64,000 nucleotides of DNA from the human T2T-CHM13v2.0 reference genome, Homo sapiens: assembly GCF_009914755.1 (NCBI RefSeq), contig NC_060947.1; one strand, 5' to 3'. The position numbers were made by a program, and so were the translations under genes. The notes beneath the pieces are model-generated. The model was not told where the DNA came from, made no database searches, and saw only the letters and a list, made by a program, of their open reading frames with translations. Positions 26,926 through 39,545 of this stretch are shown here, in pieces. The stretch's first letter is position 1. The number at the start of each line of letters is the position of its first letter.

Positions 26926-29790
26926 ATTGTACTGCCACATAACAAATCATTCCAAAGCTTAGTGTCTGTATTAGTCTGTTCTCATACTGCTGTGAAGAAA
27001 TACCCAAGACGGGGTAATCTATAAAGAAAAATAGGTTTAATGGGCTCACAGTTCCACATGGCTGGGGAGGCCTCACAATCATGGTGGAAGGTGAAGGAGG
27101 AGCAAAAGCACATCTTACGTGGTAGCAGGCAAGAGAATGTGTGCAGAGGAACAGCCCTTTATAAAACAATCAGATCTTGTGAGACTTATTCACTATCACA
27201 AGAACAGCATGGGAAAACATGTCCCCATGATTCAATTACCTCCCACCAGGTCCCTCCCACGACACATGGGGATTATGGGAACTATGATTCAAAATAAGAT
27301 TTAGGTGGGGACATACCATCATGGAGTGGGATGGACAGCCAAACCATACCATCCCACTCCATGACCCCTCCCAAATCTCAGGTCCTCATATTTGAAAACA
27401 TAATAATGTCTTCCCAACAGTCCCCCAACATCTTAACTCATTCCATCATTAACGGCAAAGTCCAAGTCCAAAGTCTCATCTGAGATAAGGCAGGTCCCTT
27501 CCACCTATGAGCCTGTAAAATCAAAAGCAAGTTAGTTACTTCCTAGATACAATGGGGGTACAAGCATTGAATAAATTCACCCATTGCAAGTGGGAGAAAT
27601 TGACCAAAACAAAGGGGCTACCAGCCCCGTCCAAGTCTGAAATACAATAGGGCAATCATTAAACCTTAAAGTTACAAGATGATCTTCTTTGACTCCATGT
27701 CTCATATCGAGGGCATGCTGATGCAAGGGGTGGGCTCCCATGGCCTTGGGCAGCTCCCCTCTGTGGCTTTGCAGGGTACAGCTCCCCTTCTGGCTGTTTT
27801 CTTGGGCTGGCATTGAGTGTCTGTGGCTTTTCAAGATGCATGGTGCACGCTGTCAGTGGATCTACCATTCTGAGGTCTGGAGGACAGTGCCCCTCTTCTC
27901 ACAGCTCCACTAGGCAGTGCCCCAGTGGGGACTCTGTGTGGGGGCTCCAACCCCACATTTTTCTTCTGCACTGCCCTAGCAGAGGTTCTCTGTGAGGGCT
28001 GTGCTCCTGCAGCTAACTTTTGTCTGGACATCCAGGCATTTCCATACATCCTCTGAAATCTAGGTGGAGGTTCCCAAACCTCAATTCTCTACTTGTGCAC
28101 CTGTAGGACCAACACCATGTGTAAACTGCCAAAGCTTGGGGCTTGCACCCTCTGAAGCAATGGCCTGAGCTGTACGTTGGCCTCTTTTAGCCATGGCTGG
28201 GATTCAGGGCACTAAGTTCTGAGCCTTTACAAAGCAACAAGGCCCTGGGCCTGGCCCACAAAACCATTTTTTCCTCCTAGCCCTCCCAGCTTGTGATGGG
28301 AGGGGCTGCCATGAAGACCTCTTGACATGCCCTGGAGATATTTTCCCCACTGTCTTGGCAATTATCATTTGGCTTATGCAAATTTATTTATGCAAATTTC
28401 TGCAGCCAGATTGAATTTCTCCTTAGAAAATGGATTTTTCTTTTCTATAGCATCATCAGGTTGCAAATTTTCTGAGCTTTTATGCTCTGCTTCCCTTTTA
28501 AACATAACTTACAATGCCAAACCATATCTTTGGAAAGAATAAAACTGAAGGCTTTTAAGAGCACCCAAGTCACGTCTTGAAGGCTTTGCTGTTTAGGAAT
28601 TTCTTTTGCCAGATACCCTAAATCATCTCTCTCAAGTTCAAAGTTCCACAGATCTCTAGGGCAGAGACAAAATGCCACCAGTCTCTTTGCTAAAGCATAG
28701 CAAGAATCACCTTTGCTCCAGTTCCCAAGAAGTTCATCATCTCCACCTGAGATCACCTCAGCCTGGACTTCATTCCACAAGTCTCTAGGAAGCTCCAAAC
28801 TTTCCCACATCTTCTCGTTTTCTTCTGAGCCCTCCAAACAGAATCCTCTGTGTGTTACTGAGTACCAAAGTCGCTTCCATATTTTTGGGTATCTTAATAG
28901 CCATACCCTACTCTACCAGTACCAATTTACTGTATTAGACCATTTTCATACTGCTATGAAGAAATACCTGAGACTGGATAATTTATAAAGAAAAAGAGGT
29001 TTAATGGATTCACAGTTATGCATGGCTGGGGAGGCCTCACAATTGGGGCAGAAGGTGAAGGAAGAACAAAGACATGTCTTACATGGTGGCAGGCAAGAGA
29101 GCGTGTACAGGGAAACTGCCCTTTTTATAAAACCATCAGATCTCATGAGACTTATTCACTATCACGAAAACAGCATGGGAAAAACCCGCCCCCGTGATTC
29201 AATTACCTCCCACTGGAGGTTTTAAATCCCCATGACACGTGGGAATTATAGGAACTACAATTCAAAATGAAATTTGGGTGGGGACACAGTCAAACAATAT
29301 CAGTGTCTTATGATAACAATTATTTATTACTTCCCATAAACCTATGGGTCAGCTGAGAGATTCTGCTGATATGGGCCAGATTCATCCAATCTCCATTAGA
29401 CTAGCCCATATGCCTTTACTCAGTTGGCAGGCCAGTTGGGGTCTGGCTGGTCTAGCATGGTCTAACATGGCCTCACTGGGCATGCTATGGCTGTCCTCCA
29501 CATGGTCTCTCATCCTGCAATAGGTAGGCCCTGGCTTATTTTCATGGTGGTGATAGAGTTCAAAGAAAGAGAGTGGAAGCGTGGAAAATCTCTTGATGCC
29601 TAAGCATGGAACTGACATAGGATCACTTCTGTAGCATTCTATAGGCCAAAGCAAATCAGAAAATCAGCCCAGGACCAAGGAATTGGAAAAGGACCCCACT
29701 GCTTTATGGAAGGAAATACAAATTCACATTGTAGAGGCATGGATACATAAATAGATGGAGAACTGGGACCTTTTGCAATCAGTTTACCAT
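26925..29790 (-). mobile_element. MLT1 (F/G/H-like) LTR split by THE1D (pieces ~26925-26966 and 29303-29790)
   Basis: cataacaaatcattccaaagcttagtg|...|caattatttatt...ggccaaagcaaatcag. Confidence 0.8.
26967..29302 (-). mobile_element. Full-length THE1D-type MaLR: LTR 26967-~27352, internal ~27353-28930, LTR 28931-29302
   Basis: Two homologous LTRs (tgtattag...), typical THE1-int; perfect 5-bp TSD gtgtc at 26962-26966 and 29303-29307. Confidence 0.96.
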
Positions 29791-29839
29791 GCCATCTCTT
29801 ATATTCCTTTTGTATAGAATATCTGTAGCCCAATCCTTT

Positions 29840-30060
29840 TTTTTAAATAACTGATAATCACCCTTCTGGTCTCAATTTAGATGTTACTTCTGGGCAATCT
29901 TAGACTCATCTCGTTATCTCCCCTTGGACTCTGTTCATTATAGCACATACATTAAATACCTGACTACTTATCTTATTCTTCAATTCAAACGGGTCCTTGA
30001 AGACAGAGACTATGTCTTATTTGGCTATCTCCTAGAACAGTACCTGGCAACAACAGAGGC
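29840..30060 (+). mobile_element. L2 3' fragment
   Basis: tccttgaagacagagactatgtctt...cctagaacagtacctggca. Confidence 0.7.
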
Positions 30061-31309
30061 TCTTTTAAGGAAAATTTAAATTTAAAATTCATAATAAAAA
30101 TCGATCAAGCAGGAGTTCAATAAGTAAGCATAAATCTAAAATGCACAATAAAATCAATCAATATCAATATATACTTCCCCTGTCACTTAAATCTCTGATT
30201 AAGGATAAAACAGCAGCAAATATCTCCACCAACTCTCTTTTCTCCATATGTCTTCCTCTCTTTTTTCTTCAGTAGAATCAAGGGAGAAAGATTTGAACTT
30301 CACTGTGTGATTCTATTCATATAGAGTGGTCATAAAAATGTAAATACAAGAATAATGGGCACAAATCTACCTTATTTTCTTAGTGGGGCAGAAGTATTTA
30401 TTTCAAGCTCCTCTTTTACTACACTGTTCTCTACTCATCACCTATCTGATAAGAAGCATCTCATGGCTTTATCTATAAATTACTTTTTCCCAGGGCCCAG
30501 TAATTTTCATCACTAGTCTCACATCTTCTACAAATCCTCGATGTCTCATGACGGAGCTAAATTTGGTATTCATGGTACAGTCTCTAGAGCAGTAAGGCAC
30601 AAGATGACTCCAACTTCCCTCACTCGACTGGCTTCCTTTCTGCCATCTTATCACATTTATTTCCAAGATATTATTGACTTTTCTTAATCTCCTCTCTCGT
30701 GTTTTAATTTACTTTCCTCTTACTTGCCATAGCTGCTTCCTTAACCACATCACACCTCACTCCATACAGATTCTTACCTTTCACTGTTTTCTGCTGTTAG
30801 GACATGGAAATTGACAATGTTCTAGTCATATTTCTTTTGCTCTTCCATCCGCATTTTTTTATCTTGCAAATTATCATTATTTTAATTATTGGATTCAATA
30901 GGAGATGCTAATCTCCCATCCCCCTATAATTCATTTTAATAGCAAGTTGTGATGACATGGTCACTTTTCTCTTTCATATCTTTAAGCCCATCATTAAACC
31001 CTTTAAATCCAAGGCCAAACCCATGATATTAACCTTTAAGGTGAATATCATCATCCTTTCCCAATATGTACCCACTTCTGTGGTTTCTATCATTGTCATG
31101 GTAACATATTTTCTTGACCTTTTTCAAACTTCCCCTGAAGTTAACTACCATTTATTACAAAAGAGGGAATTAGTAATGAGGATAAGCCATACAAAAAATA
31201 TTCCTTGGAGACTCCTTATGAAGAACATTAGAGTTAGGCAACTAGGGCTGTGATTCAGAAAGATAACCCTTGGTTTCTCAAAGTGACAAGCTCTAAATGA
31301 ACCCCAATT

Positions 31310-31526
31310 GCCAGCCAGTAGCAGATTCAGTATGCATAAGTCATGACAAAGTAACCCTATTTACATTTTTGACAGGTTTCTGAGTCCAGGACTTCAGTGA
31401 GACATTTACAAAGCTTTTGGGGTAGCCTTGTGAACCATGTATGAGGAAGAATGTGGATGGAATGATCTTATGGCTGCATGAATATGTGGATGGCTAATCA
31501 TTACTACACAAAGAACCTTGATTAAT
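31310..31526 (+). mobile_element. L3/CR1 RT fragment
   Basis: Degenerate match to CR1 SQHGF.KNKSCQTNLISFFD...DFSKAF...TQRVLIN (aagtcatgacaaagtaacc, ggacttcagtgagacattt, cacaaagaaccttgattaat). Confidence 0.7.
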
Positions 31527-31733
31527 AGGGCTAATAAACTTTTTATATAAAGGACCAGGTAGTAAATATTTTAGGCTTTGTGGGTAGAACTACTCAAGTC
31601 TGCCATTATAACCCAAAAGCAGCCATAGACAATATATATAGGAATGAATTTAACAGTGTTCTAATATAATTTTATTTATAAAAATAGGCAGTGGGCTGGA
31701 TTTGGCCCATGGGCCATAGTTTGTTGACCTTTG
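31527..31733 (+). mobile_element. MER58A
   Basis: gtaaatattttaggctttgtggg...ggatttggcccatgggccatagtttg. Confidence 0.9.
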
Positions 31734-32334
31734 TCTTAGGGTCTAAGCTACCAGGGGGTATGGCTATCTCATGCAACTTTTAGTCACCTGTACAGCATAC
31801 AAATTCAAAACCTCCAAACTGCAACTTCATTGTTGTCTTTAATATCTGGAACCCACTGCACTGTGTTAGTGTTCACAACTGCTGACACACCTATGTTCAC
31901 ATGCAGAAACTAAATCACCATGGAGAAGTTTTCTTATATTCTAACTAGTATCATATATCCTCAGAGAGAGAAGAAGCATTGAGTCCTTTTACTATGGAAA
32001 TCAGTGCAGATTAAGAATTAATGTACACATAGATGAGCTCATAAAAACATAAGAAAATAGCAGTTAATTAGAAATTAATGCTAAAATGCTAAAATTCTTA
32101 GATTGAAGCAACTACATCACACTTGAATTGTTAATATAGCAATTAAGTTGGCCGCCTATGAAGTACTTGTTAATAAATACTTCATGAAGACTTCTGTTAA
32201 AGGAGAGTACAGCAGCTTTGTTAAATCTAAGTTTATATGGTCTTGAAAAATGTACTCAATGTGTTCTTTTTGGAAGCTTTAGTCATGGTGGCTTCTTGAA
32301 AGAATTCTTGCTACAGATTAATTTCTTTTTTTAT

Positions 32335-32700
32335 TTTTTATTTTATTTTCTTTTTTTTTACCCTTTACCCAGTTTTTGCCAATGGTAACACCTTGTGAAA
32401 CTATAGAATGACAGCACTCCCGGGATATTGGCATTGATATTACAAGATGCAGAATATGTAAATCAACACAACGATCAGTCATGTTACTCTTTCTAGCCAC
32501 ACACACTTCCCTCCCACCTCCACACCCTCGTTAACTTCTGGAAATCACTAGTTTGTTCTTCATTTTGTTATTTTTTAAAGAATGTTACATATATGGAATT
32601 GTACAGCATATAACTTTCGATGGTTAGCTTTTTTTTACCAGCATAATTCTCCAGCAGTTCCTCTGGGTTGTTGGTGTGTAAATAACTCATTCATTATGTT
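32335..32700 (-). mobile_element. L1MC-like 3' end
   Basis: accctttacccagttt..ccaatggtaaca...ggatattggcattgata. Confidence 0.8.
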
Positions 32701-32719
32701 TTCCTAAATTATAATTTTT

Positions 32720-32801
32720 TGTATACATATGTAACAAACCTACATGTGTTCACAGGTACCCTAGAACTTAAAGTGTAATAAAAAATAATAATAATAAAAA
32801 G
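32720..32801 (+). mobile_element. L1PA 3' tip with A tail
   Basis: gtatacatatgtaacaaacct...ccctagaacttaaagtgtaataaaaa. Confidence 0.9.
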
Positions 32802-32847
32802 ATTAATTTCAAATATGTTTTCTTTTCTGAAACTAAGGCTCAATACA

Positions 32848-33033
32848 AAAAGATTCTCAAAATGTAGTTTGAGGAATAGCAGCATCAACATTATCAGGGA
32901 ACTTGTTAGAAATGTCAGTTCTTATGCTTCATTCCAGACTTACTGAATCAGACACCCTAAGGTGAGGCCCAGAAATCTGTGTTTTAACAGCTTTTCCAGT
33001 TATTCTGATGCAGCTCAAGTTTGAGAACAACTG
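32848..33033 (+). mobile_element. MER5A
   Basis: gggaacttgttagaaatg...tactgaatcaga...aatctgtgttttaaca...aagtttgagaac. Confidence 0.9.
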
Positions 33034-33094
33034 ACTTACAACACTGAGGATTAATTGCAAGCAAGGTTCAGCTGTGTGTGTCCTAGATCGTGTG

Positions 33095-33260
33095 CATGGA
33101 ATCTGCACATTGGAATTATTTGGGGTGATTCATAAATACTGATGCCTGTATTCCATTCCAGAGACTTTGATTTAATTGTTCATGGGTTTGGCCTGGGATT
33201 TAAAATGTCTAGAAATTTCGCAGGTGATTCTAGCCTGCAGACAACATTTAGTAAACACTG
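33095..33260. mobile_element. MER5B/MER5A1-like
   Basis: tgcacattggaat...aaatactgatgcctg...caggtgattcta. Confidence 0.75.
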
Positions 33261-33525
33261 CGGTAGAGGAAGCCATACTCCAACCGAAACATGGTAGGAA
33301 AAACCCTATGTTTGATGACATAGGAATGAACGTCTGCTTCTTAGTTCCCTTTCAGGTTACATTTAGCTCTATTTTGGTTGAAAAGTGTTTTGTTTGTTGT
33401 GTTTGCCTTTGTAAAAATCTTAAGGTCTTAATAGTAACAGCTTAGATGTGCTCTTTGTGATACCGAAGAGCGATACATAATTGTATGGATACGTGTAATG
33501 TTTTGGCTACATTAAATGTAGATTC

Positions 33526-33528
<3 letters not shown>

Positions 33529-33571
<43 letters not shown>
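33529..33571. repeat. (CA)n microsatellite
   Basis: Direct read. Confidence 0.99.
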
Positions 33572-33572
<1 letters not shown>

Positions 33573-33699
33573 ATCTGTTGTGCTGAAAGCCCACAGTGGC
33601 ATGTGCACCATGCCGTTTGCATTAGTAGATGAAATCCTATAGATGTAAAGATGGTCCGTTCTATATATTGAAAGATAACGTTATGAAATGAAAAATAAA

Positions 33700-34365
33700 G
33701 AACAAAATGATAAACAAACACATCAACATCTTAAAGGATTTTGAAACTATACTAAAACAACTTGGGTCAAAGAACAAAAAATCATCAACTGTAGAACATC
33801 TAAAAATAATGATAATGCGAATTATCTACATGGGATATGGATATTGTTTCCAGATGATAAGTCACTTATTAAACCAACAAAAATAAAATTAACAAATTTA
33901 GCAGTTAACTTAGGAAGTAAATAACAAGAAATATAAGCCCAAGGAAAGCAGAATAAATATATTACTCAAATAAAAAGACATGAATAAATAAAATTCAGAA
34001 AAAATGTGTTTTCTTTAAACATTAGGAAAATATAGAAGAACCCCTAACTAGTCTAGTTATGAAAAAGATAAATCTCAGCAAACAAAATTAGGAATAATAT
34101 AAGACCATCATATACACAGAGGAAATAGAAAAGAATTATAAAACTACTCTACATACTTCCATGGTAGCAATTTTTAAAACTTGGATAAAGTGAAAGGATT
34201 TCTAGGAATACATATTTAAAAATATATCCAGAAAGAAGCAGAAAACTTAAACAGACCAATAACTATAGAAGAAAAAAACGCTTTACAGGTACATTTTTCC
34301 GAGTCTTTAAATTTGAGATATTCCTAAACAATTAAGACAGTTCCAGGGAATAGAGAAAAAAAGGA
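33700..34365 (+). mobile_element. Old L1M ORF2 fragment
   Basis: A-rich, cccaaggaaagcagaa, aaacttaaacagaccaataac. Confidence 0.7.
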
Positions 34366-34367
34366 AC

Positions 34368-34610
34368 TTTTTTTTTGCTTTTTGTTTTGTTTTGTTTGTT
34401 TGTTTTTTATTATACTTTAAGTTCTAGAGTACATGTGCACAACGTGCACGTTTGTTACATAGGTATACATGTGCCATGTTGGTTTGTTGCACCCATCAAC
34501 TCGTCATTTACATTAGGTATTTCTCCTAATGCTATCCCTCCCCCAGTCCCCCACCTCCTGACAGGCCCCAGTGTGTGATGTTCCCTGCCCCATGTCCAGC
34601 TGTTCTCATT
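34368..34610 (-). mobile_element. L1PA 3' end
   Basis: ttattatactttaagttctag...; TSD aggaac(t/a)ttt at 34362 and 34611. Confidence 0.93.
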
Positions 34611-34905
34611 AGGAACATTTTATTTTTTTACAAAGTCAGAAGCTAGAGTAATGCTGACAAGCATACCTGACTTTCAGAAAGATTTTCATTGACTGGGATG
34701 AGAAAGAGCAAAAGGGAGAGGAATGAGAGAGGGAGACAAACTGATGATTTCACAAGGACTTCACAAAATTGATCTTAGGAAAGGTAAATTTTATTCGCTC
34801 AAATGTGAGGCCAGGAAACATCCTTGAGCCTTCTGGAGCTTTCCATTATCCAGAGATGAATGGCCTCACAGAATTATTTCCCTGATTCTAAATCTCCATT
34901 GACTA

Positions 34906-35308
34906 TATGTTTTAGTCCATTCTGCACTGCTATAACAGAATACCTGAGAGTGGATAATTTATAATCAATAGCAATTTGTTTGGCTCATGGTTGTAGAGGT
35001 TGGGAAGGCCAACATACTGAGGAAATGCATCTGATGAGGGCCTTCTTGCTGATCCATAACATGGTGGAAGGTATCATATAACACATGCACGAGAGAGAGA
35101 GAGAGAGAGAGAGAGAAGAAGAGAAGAGAAGAGAAAGGAAGGGAACGGGGGGCGAACTCATCCTTTTATCAGGAACACACTCCTGTGATAATGGTACTAG
35201 TTCCTTCATGATGGTAGAGCCCTCATGACCTGATCGCCTCTTAAAGAACCCACCTCTCAACACTGTTGCCAACACATAAACTTTGGGAGACACATCAAAA
35301 CCATCACA
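34906..35308 (-). mobile_element. MST (MSTC-like) solo LTR with internal (GA)n
   Basis: ctgctataacagaatacctgag...gagggccttcttgctg...cccacctctcaacactgttg. Confidence 0.85.
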
Positions 35309-35620
35309 CTATATAACCATCAATTTAACTATAGATACTATAAAAGTAAATCAAACTATATTTGATGTGCCTAAAACAAAAAACACATATTCATATACTT
35401 ATGTGTAATTTTCTTTTCAGTATCACAAGATTGTGTCAAGCCTTTTTCACACTTCAGAGTCAAAAAATTCCTGGGACTCACTGTCATGGGTGATGGGCTG
35501 CATTTCAAAATTTGAGCTGCTGAACCTGACTTCTCCACTAGCTTTAGGATGACAGTACGTTAGGAGGGATATCTAAGAAAACCAGGGCTGTACCTGTGTT
35601 TTTTATTTGGTAAACCATGG

Positions 35621-36065
35621 TGATATGGTTTGGCTGTGTCCCCACTCCAACCTCATCTTGAATTCCCATGTGTTGTGGGAGGGACCTGGTGGGATGTGAT
35701 TGAATCATGGGGGCAGGTCTTTCCTGTGCTGTTCTTGTGATAGTGAATAGGTCTCACGAGATCTGATGGCTTTAGAAAGGGGAATTTCCCTGCACAAGCT
35801 CTCTTTGCCTGCTGCCATCCACGTAAGATGTGACTTGCTCCTCCTTGCTTTCTGCCATGATTGTGAGGCCTCCCCAGCCATGTGGAACTGTAAATCCAAT
35901 AAAGCTATTTCTTTTGTAAATTGCCCAGTCTTGGGTACCTCAGCCATAAGTCATGTTGATAGCCTATACTCTTGATATGATGTAATGGGAATGACATCTC
36001 TGTGGTATTCCTCCCCAAAACTCATAACCCTTGTCTAATCATGAGCATGAACATGGACTAATACA
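35621..36065 (+). mobile_element. THE1A/B solo LTR carrying a 109-bp foreign insert
   Basis: tgatatggtttggctgtgtcccca...ggactaataca; insert at 35937-36045. Confidence 0.95.
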
Positions 36066-36394
36066 CCTAGTTTGATTTTTTGATCAAATCACGTATTGCT
36101 GGAAGAGATTCATCTTCCCTCGAAAGTCAGCCAGAATCTTCGGACCAATGGCTTTTTGGTGCCTGGGTAATAGTCCCTTGTCATATGTGTGTTAACCACA
36201 CCAACCAGTCCTGGATTTCAGAATCTTCTGGCCTTTTCCAGGATATCTGATTTATACTGCCTTTGATTGCCTGTCTTGATATTTTACCAGAAATCTTATA
36301 TTGAACAATAACTTCTTTTTCCAATGCAGAATAAGAGTAGAATATTTTTAAAAACCATTTTAAAAGACAATTGCCAAAATCTTGGTTTGTATTA

Positions 36395-37425
36395 CCATTC
36401 AAAAGGAACTAGGGCTCCTTGGTGAAATGATTGATTCTAGGCCTGTGGCTATAAATATACAAGGCATGCCTGGAGCATCTTGTAGTGACAGAAAGAAAGA
36501 AAATGCTCAAAACAATTTAAAAAACCCACAACTATTGGGGTATGTCAAGGGACATAAGAGTCAACTGAAAGACCCCCCTAGTGGACAAAGCTGGAAAATT
36601 TGAGCAATAAAATAAAGTAGTATAGGAGTATAACCCAGTACATAAAATAAATATCCAGGAGGCAATATATATATAAATAAATGATTAAATAATGAATTAA
36701 TGACATAAATAGAGAAGAGACAAATCTACTGTGCTGACAAATTTCAAATAATTTATGTAGATACTCTTCCCTCATGGAGGTGGAGCATTACTCCCCACTT
36801 TTAATGTGTGGGATGTGCATAGTGACTTCGTTTCAAAGAGTACAGTACAAAAAAGGTGGAGTAAGTAACTTTATGGTGGAGACATCTGACAAACACTACC
36901 TCAGTCAGGTAATTAAGGTTAACCTCAGCCATAAGTCATGTTGATAGCCTGTACTCTTGATATGATGTGATGAGAATGGCATCTCTGTGGTATGCCTTCC
37001 CAAAACTCATAACGCTTGTCTCATCATGAGACAAACATCAGACAAATTCTAATAGAGGGTCATTCTACAAATAGCTGACCAGTCTTCCTTAAAACTGTCA
37101 AGATCATCAAAAACAATGAAAATCTGAGAAACTGTCAAAATCAAGAAGAATCTAAAAATATATGACAACTAAATATAATGTGGTATTCTGGATGGGATTC
37201 TGGAAAAGAAAAAAGAACATTAGGAAAACTAAGAAAATATGAATAAAATATTAACTTCAGTAATAATAATATATCAATATTCATTAATTAATTGTGACAA
37301 ATATACCAAACCACTGCCAGATATTAATAATAGGGGAAACTTGGTCTGGAGTAGACAGAAACTTTGTATTATATTTACAACTTTTCTATAAATGTAAAAT
37401 AATTTTAAAACAAAACATTTAAAAG
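36395..37425 (+). mobile_element. L1MC3/L1MD-like 3' end
   Basis: gggctccttggtgaaatg...ctgacaaacactacctcag...tggatgggattctggaa. Confidence 0.88.
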
Positions 37426-38206
37426 AAATAAAAGAAAGATAAGAAAGTAAACATAAATTAAAATGTAATTGTGGGTAGCACTTTTAAAGCAAATATCTCA
37501 ATGAAGGTGGCCATCAGATAAATAGATTTCTTTAATACATATCTACATTTAAATAGTAAGACAATAACAACTCAGTCAGTATTTTTTCTCTCTTCTAATA
37601 TAAATTTTTAAAATGCATATTTCAGAAATATTAAAATCTGAAAAAGTCTAGTTAGAATATCAGATAATTGATTCATTTTAGTGCTTATGTTGAATTATAG
37701 TTTATAATAGAAAAACATCTATTTATATTGCCTCCAAAGCTGTGACCTCCTCAAGAGTAGAAATTAGTCTTATTTGTCTGTCTTCACAACACCCAGAAAC
37801 ACAGGTGCTTGACTGTGTTTGAAGTACGGTATGTGTGGTTGAATGCATGTTGAAATTAATTCATTGATTGATTAATAAGCGTTCAACTCTGTCAACCAGG
37901 GTGATTATAAAGATGGAGAGGGAGCAGTAAAGGGAACAAACACACAAACTCACAAACACACAGCAGAAATTCTGTCTCAGCCAGCTATTTTCTCAGAGCC
38001 CTTTATTCATGTAAGTGGTTTTAGCTAGTTCTTATAGGTGTGTTGTTTAAGTTGAAGCATCCTGATGTCAAATTGACTATCATATGATTATTCTTTTGAG
38101 TGATTTTTTATTGACACATAATATTTTACATATTTATGGATTACATGCATAGAGTGTGCAAGTCAGATATTTTTGGTATCCATCAGCTTGAGTATGTATC
38201 ATTTCT

Positions 38207-38648
38207 TTTTTTTAATTTTTTTTATTATACTTTAAGTTCTAGGGCACATGTGCACAACGTGCAGGTTTGTTACATATGTATACATGTGTCATGTTGGTGT
38301 GCTGTACCCATTAACTCATCATTTACATTAGGTATATCTCCTAATGCTATCCCTCCCCCCCCTCCCCCCACCCCACGACAGGCCCCGGTGTGTGATGTTC
38401 CCCTTCCTGTGCCCAAGTGTCCTCATTGTTCAATTCCCAACTATGAGTGAGAACATGCAGTGTTTGGTTTTTTGACCTTGAGATAGATTTCTGAGAATGA
38501 TGGTTTCCAGCTTCATCCATGTCCCTACAAAGGACGTGAACTCATCCTTTTTTATGGCTGCATAGTATTCCATGGTGTATATGTGCCACATTTTCTTAAT
38601 CCAGTCTATCATTGATGGACATTTGGGTTGGTTCCAAGTCTTTGCTAT
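38207..38648 (-). mobile_element. L1PA (PA4/5-like) 3' end
   Basis: ORF 38430..38654 matches the L1 ORF2 C-terminus; 26-bp TSD at 38181-38206 and 38649-38674. Confidence 0.96.
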
Positions 38649-39143
38649 CATCACCTTGAGTATGTATCATTTCTATGTGTTGGGAACAATTCAAAGTCCT
38701 CTCTTCTAGCTACTTTGAAATATAAAATACATCATTGTTAACTATAGTCACCCTACTCTGCTGTTGAACATTAGAACTTATGCCTTCTATCTAAATGTAT
38801 GTTTGTACCCATTAACCAACTTCTCTACATCCTCCCTCCTCTCACATACCTTCCCTAGCCTCTGATATCTGTCATTCTACTCTCTGCCTCCATGAGATCA
38901 ACTTTTTAGCTTCCATATATGAGTGAGAACATTTGATATTTATCTTTCTGTGCCTGGCCTATTTCACTTAACATAATAACCCCCAGTTCCATCCATGTTT
39001 TACAAATGACATGATTTCATTCCTTTTTATAGCTGAATAGTATTCCATGTGTGTATATACCACTTTTTCTTTATCCATTCATCCACTGATGGACACTTGA
39101 TTCCACATCTTTGCTATTTTGAACAGTGCTACAATAAACATGA

Positions 39144-39545
<402 letters not shown>

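Noticed and set aside
27353-28930. ORFs in the THE1 internal region as a novel gene
   Set aside because: Fragments of the known MaLR internal ORF (for example PRDLWNFELERDDLGYLA), disrupted
32158-32185. Small inverted repeat atgaagta...tacttcat
   Set aside because: Short, imperfect and AT-rich; expected by chance
36080-36330. Possible coding exon or pseudogene between THE1 and L1MC
   Set aside because: Manual translations gave nothing recognisable and stops in the frames tried
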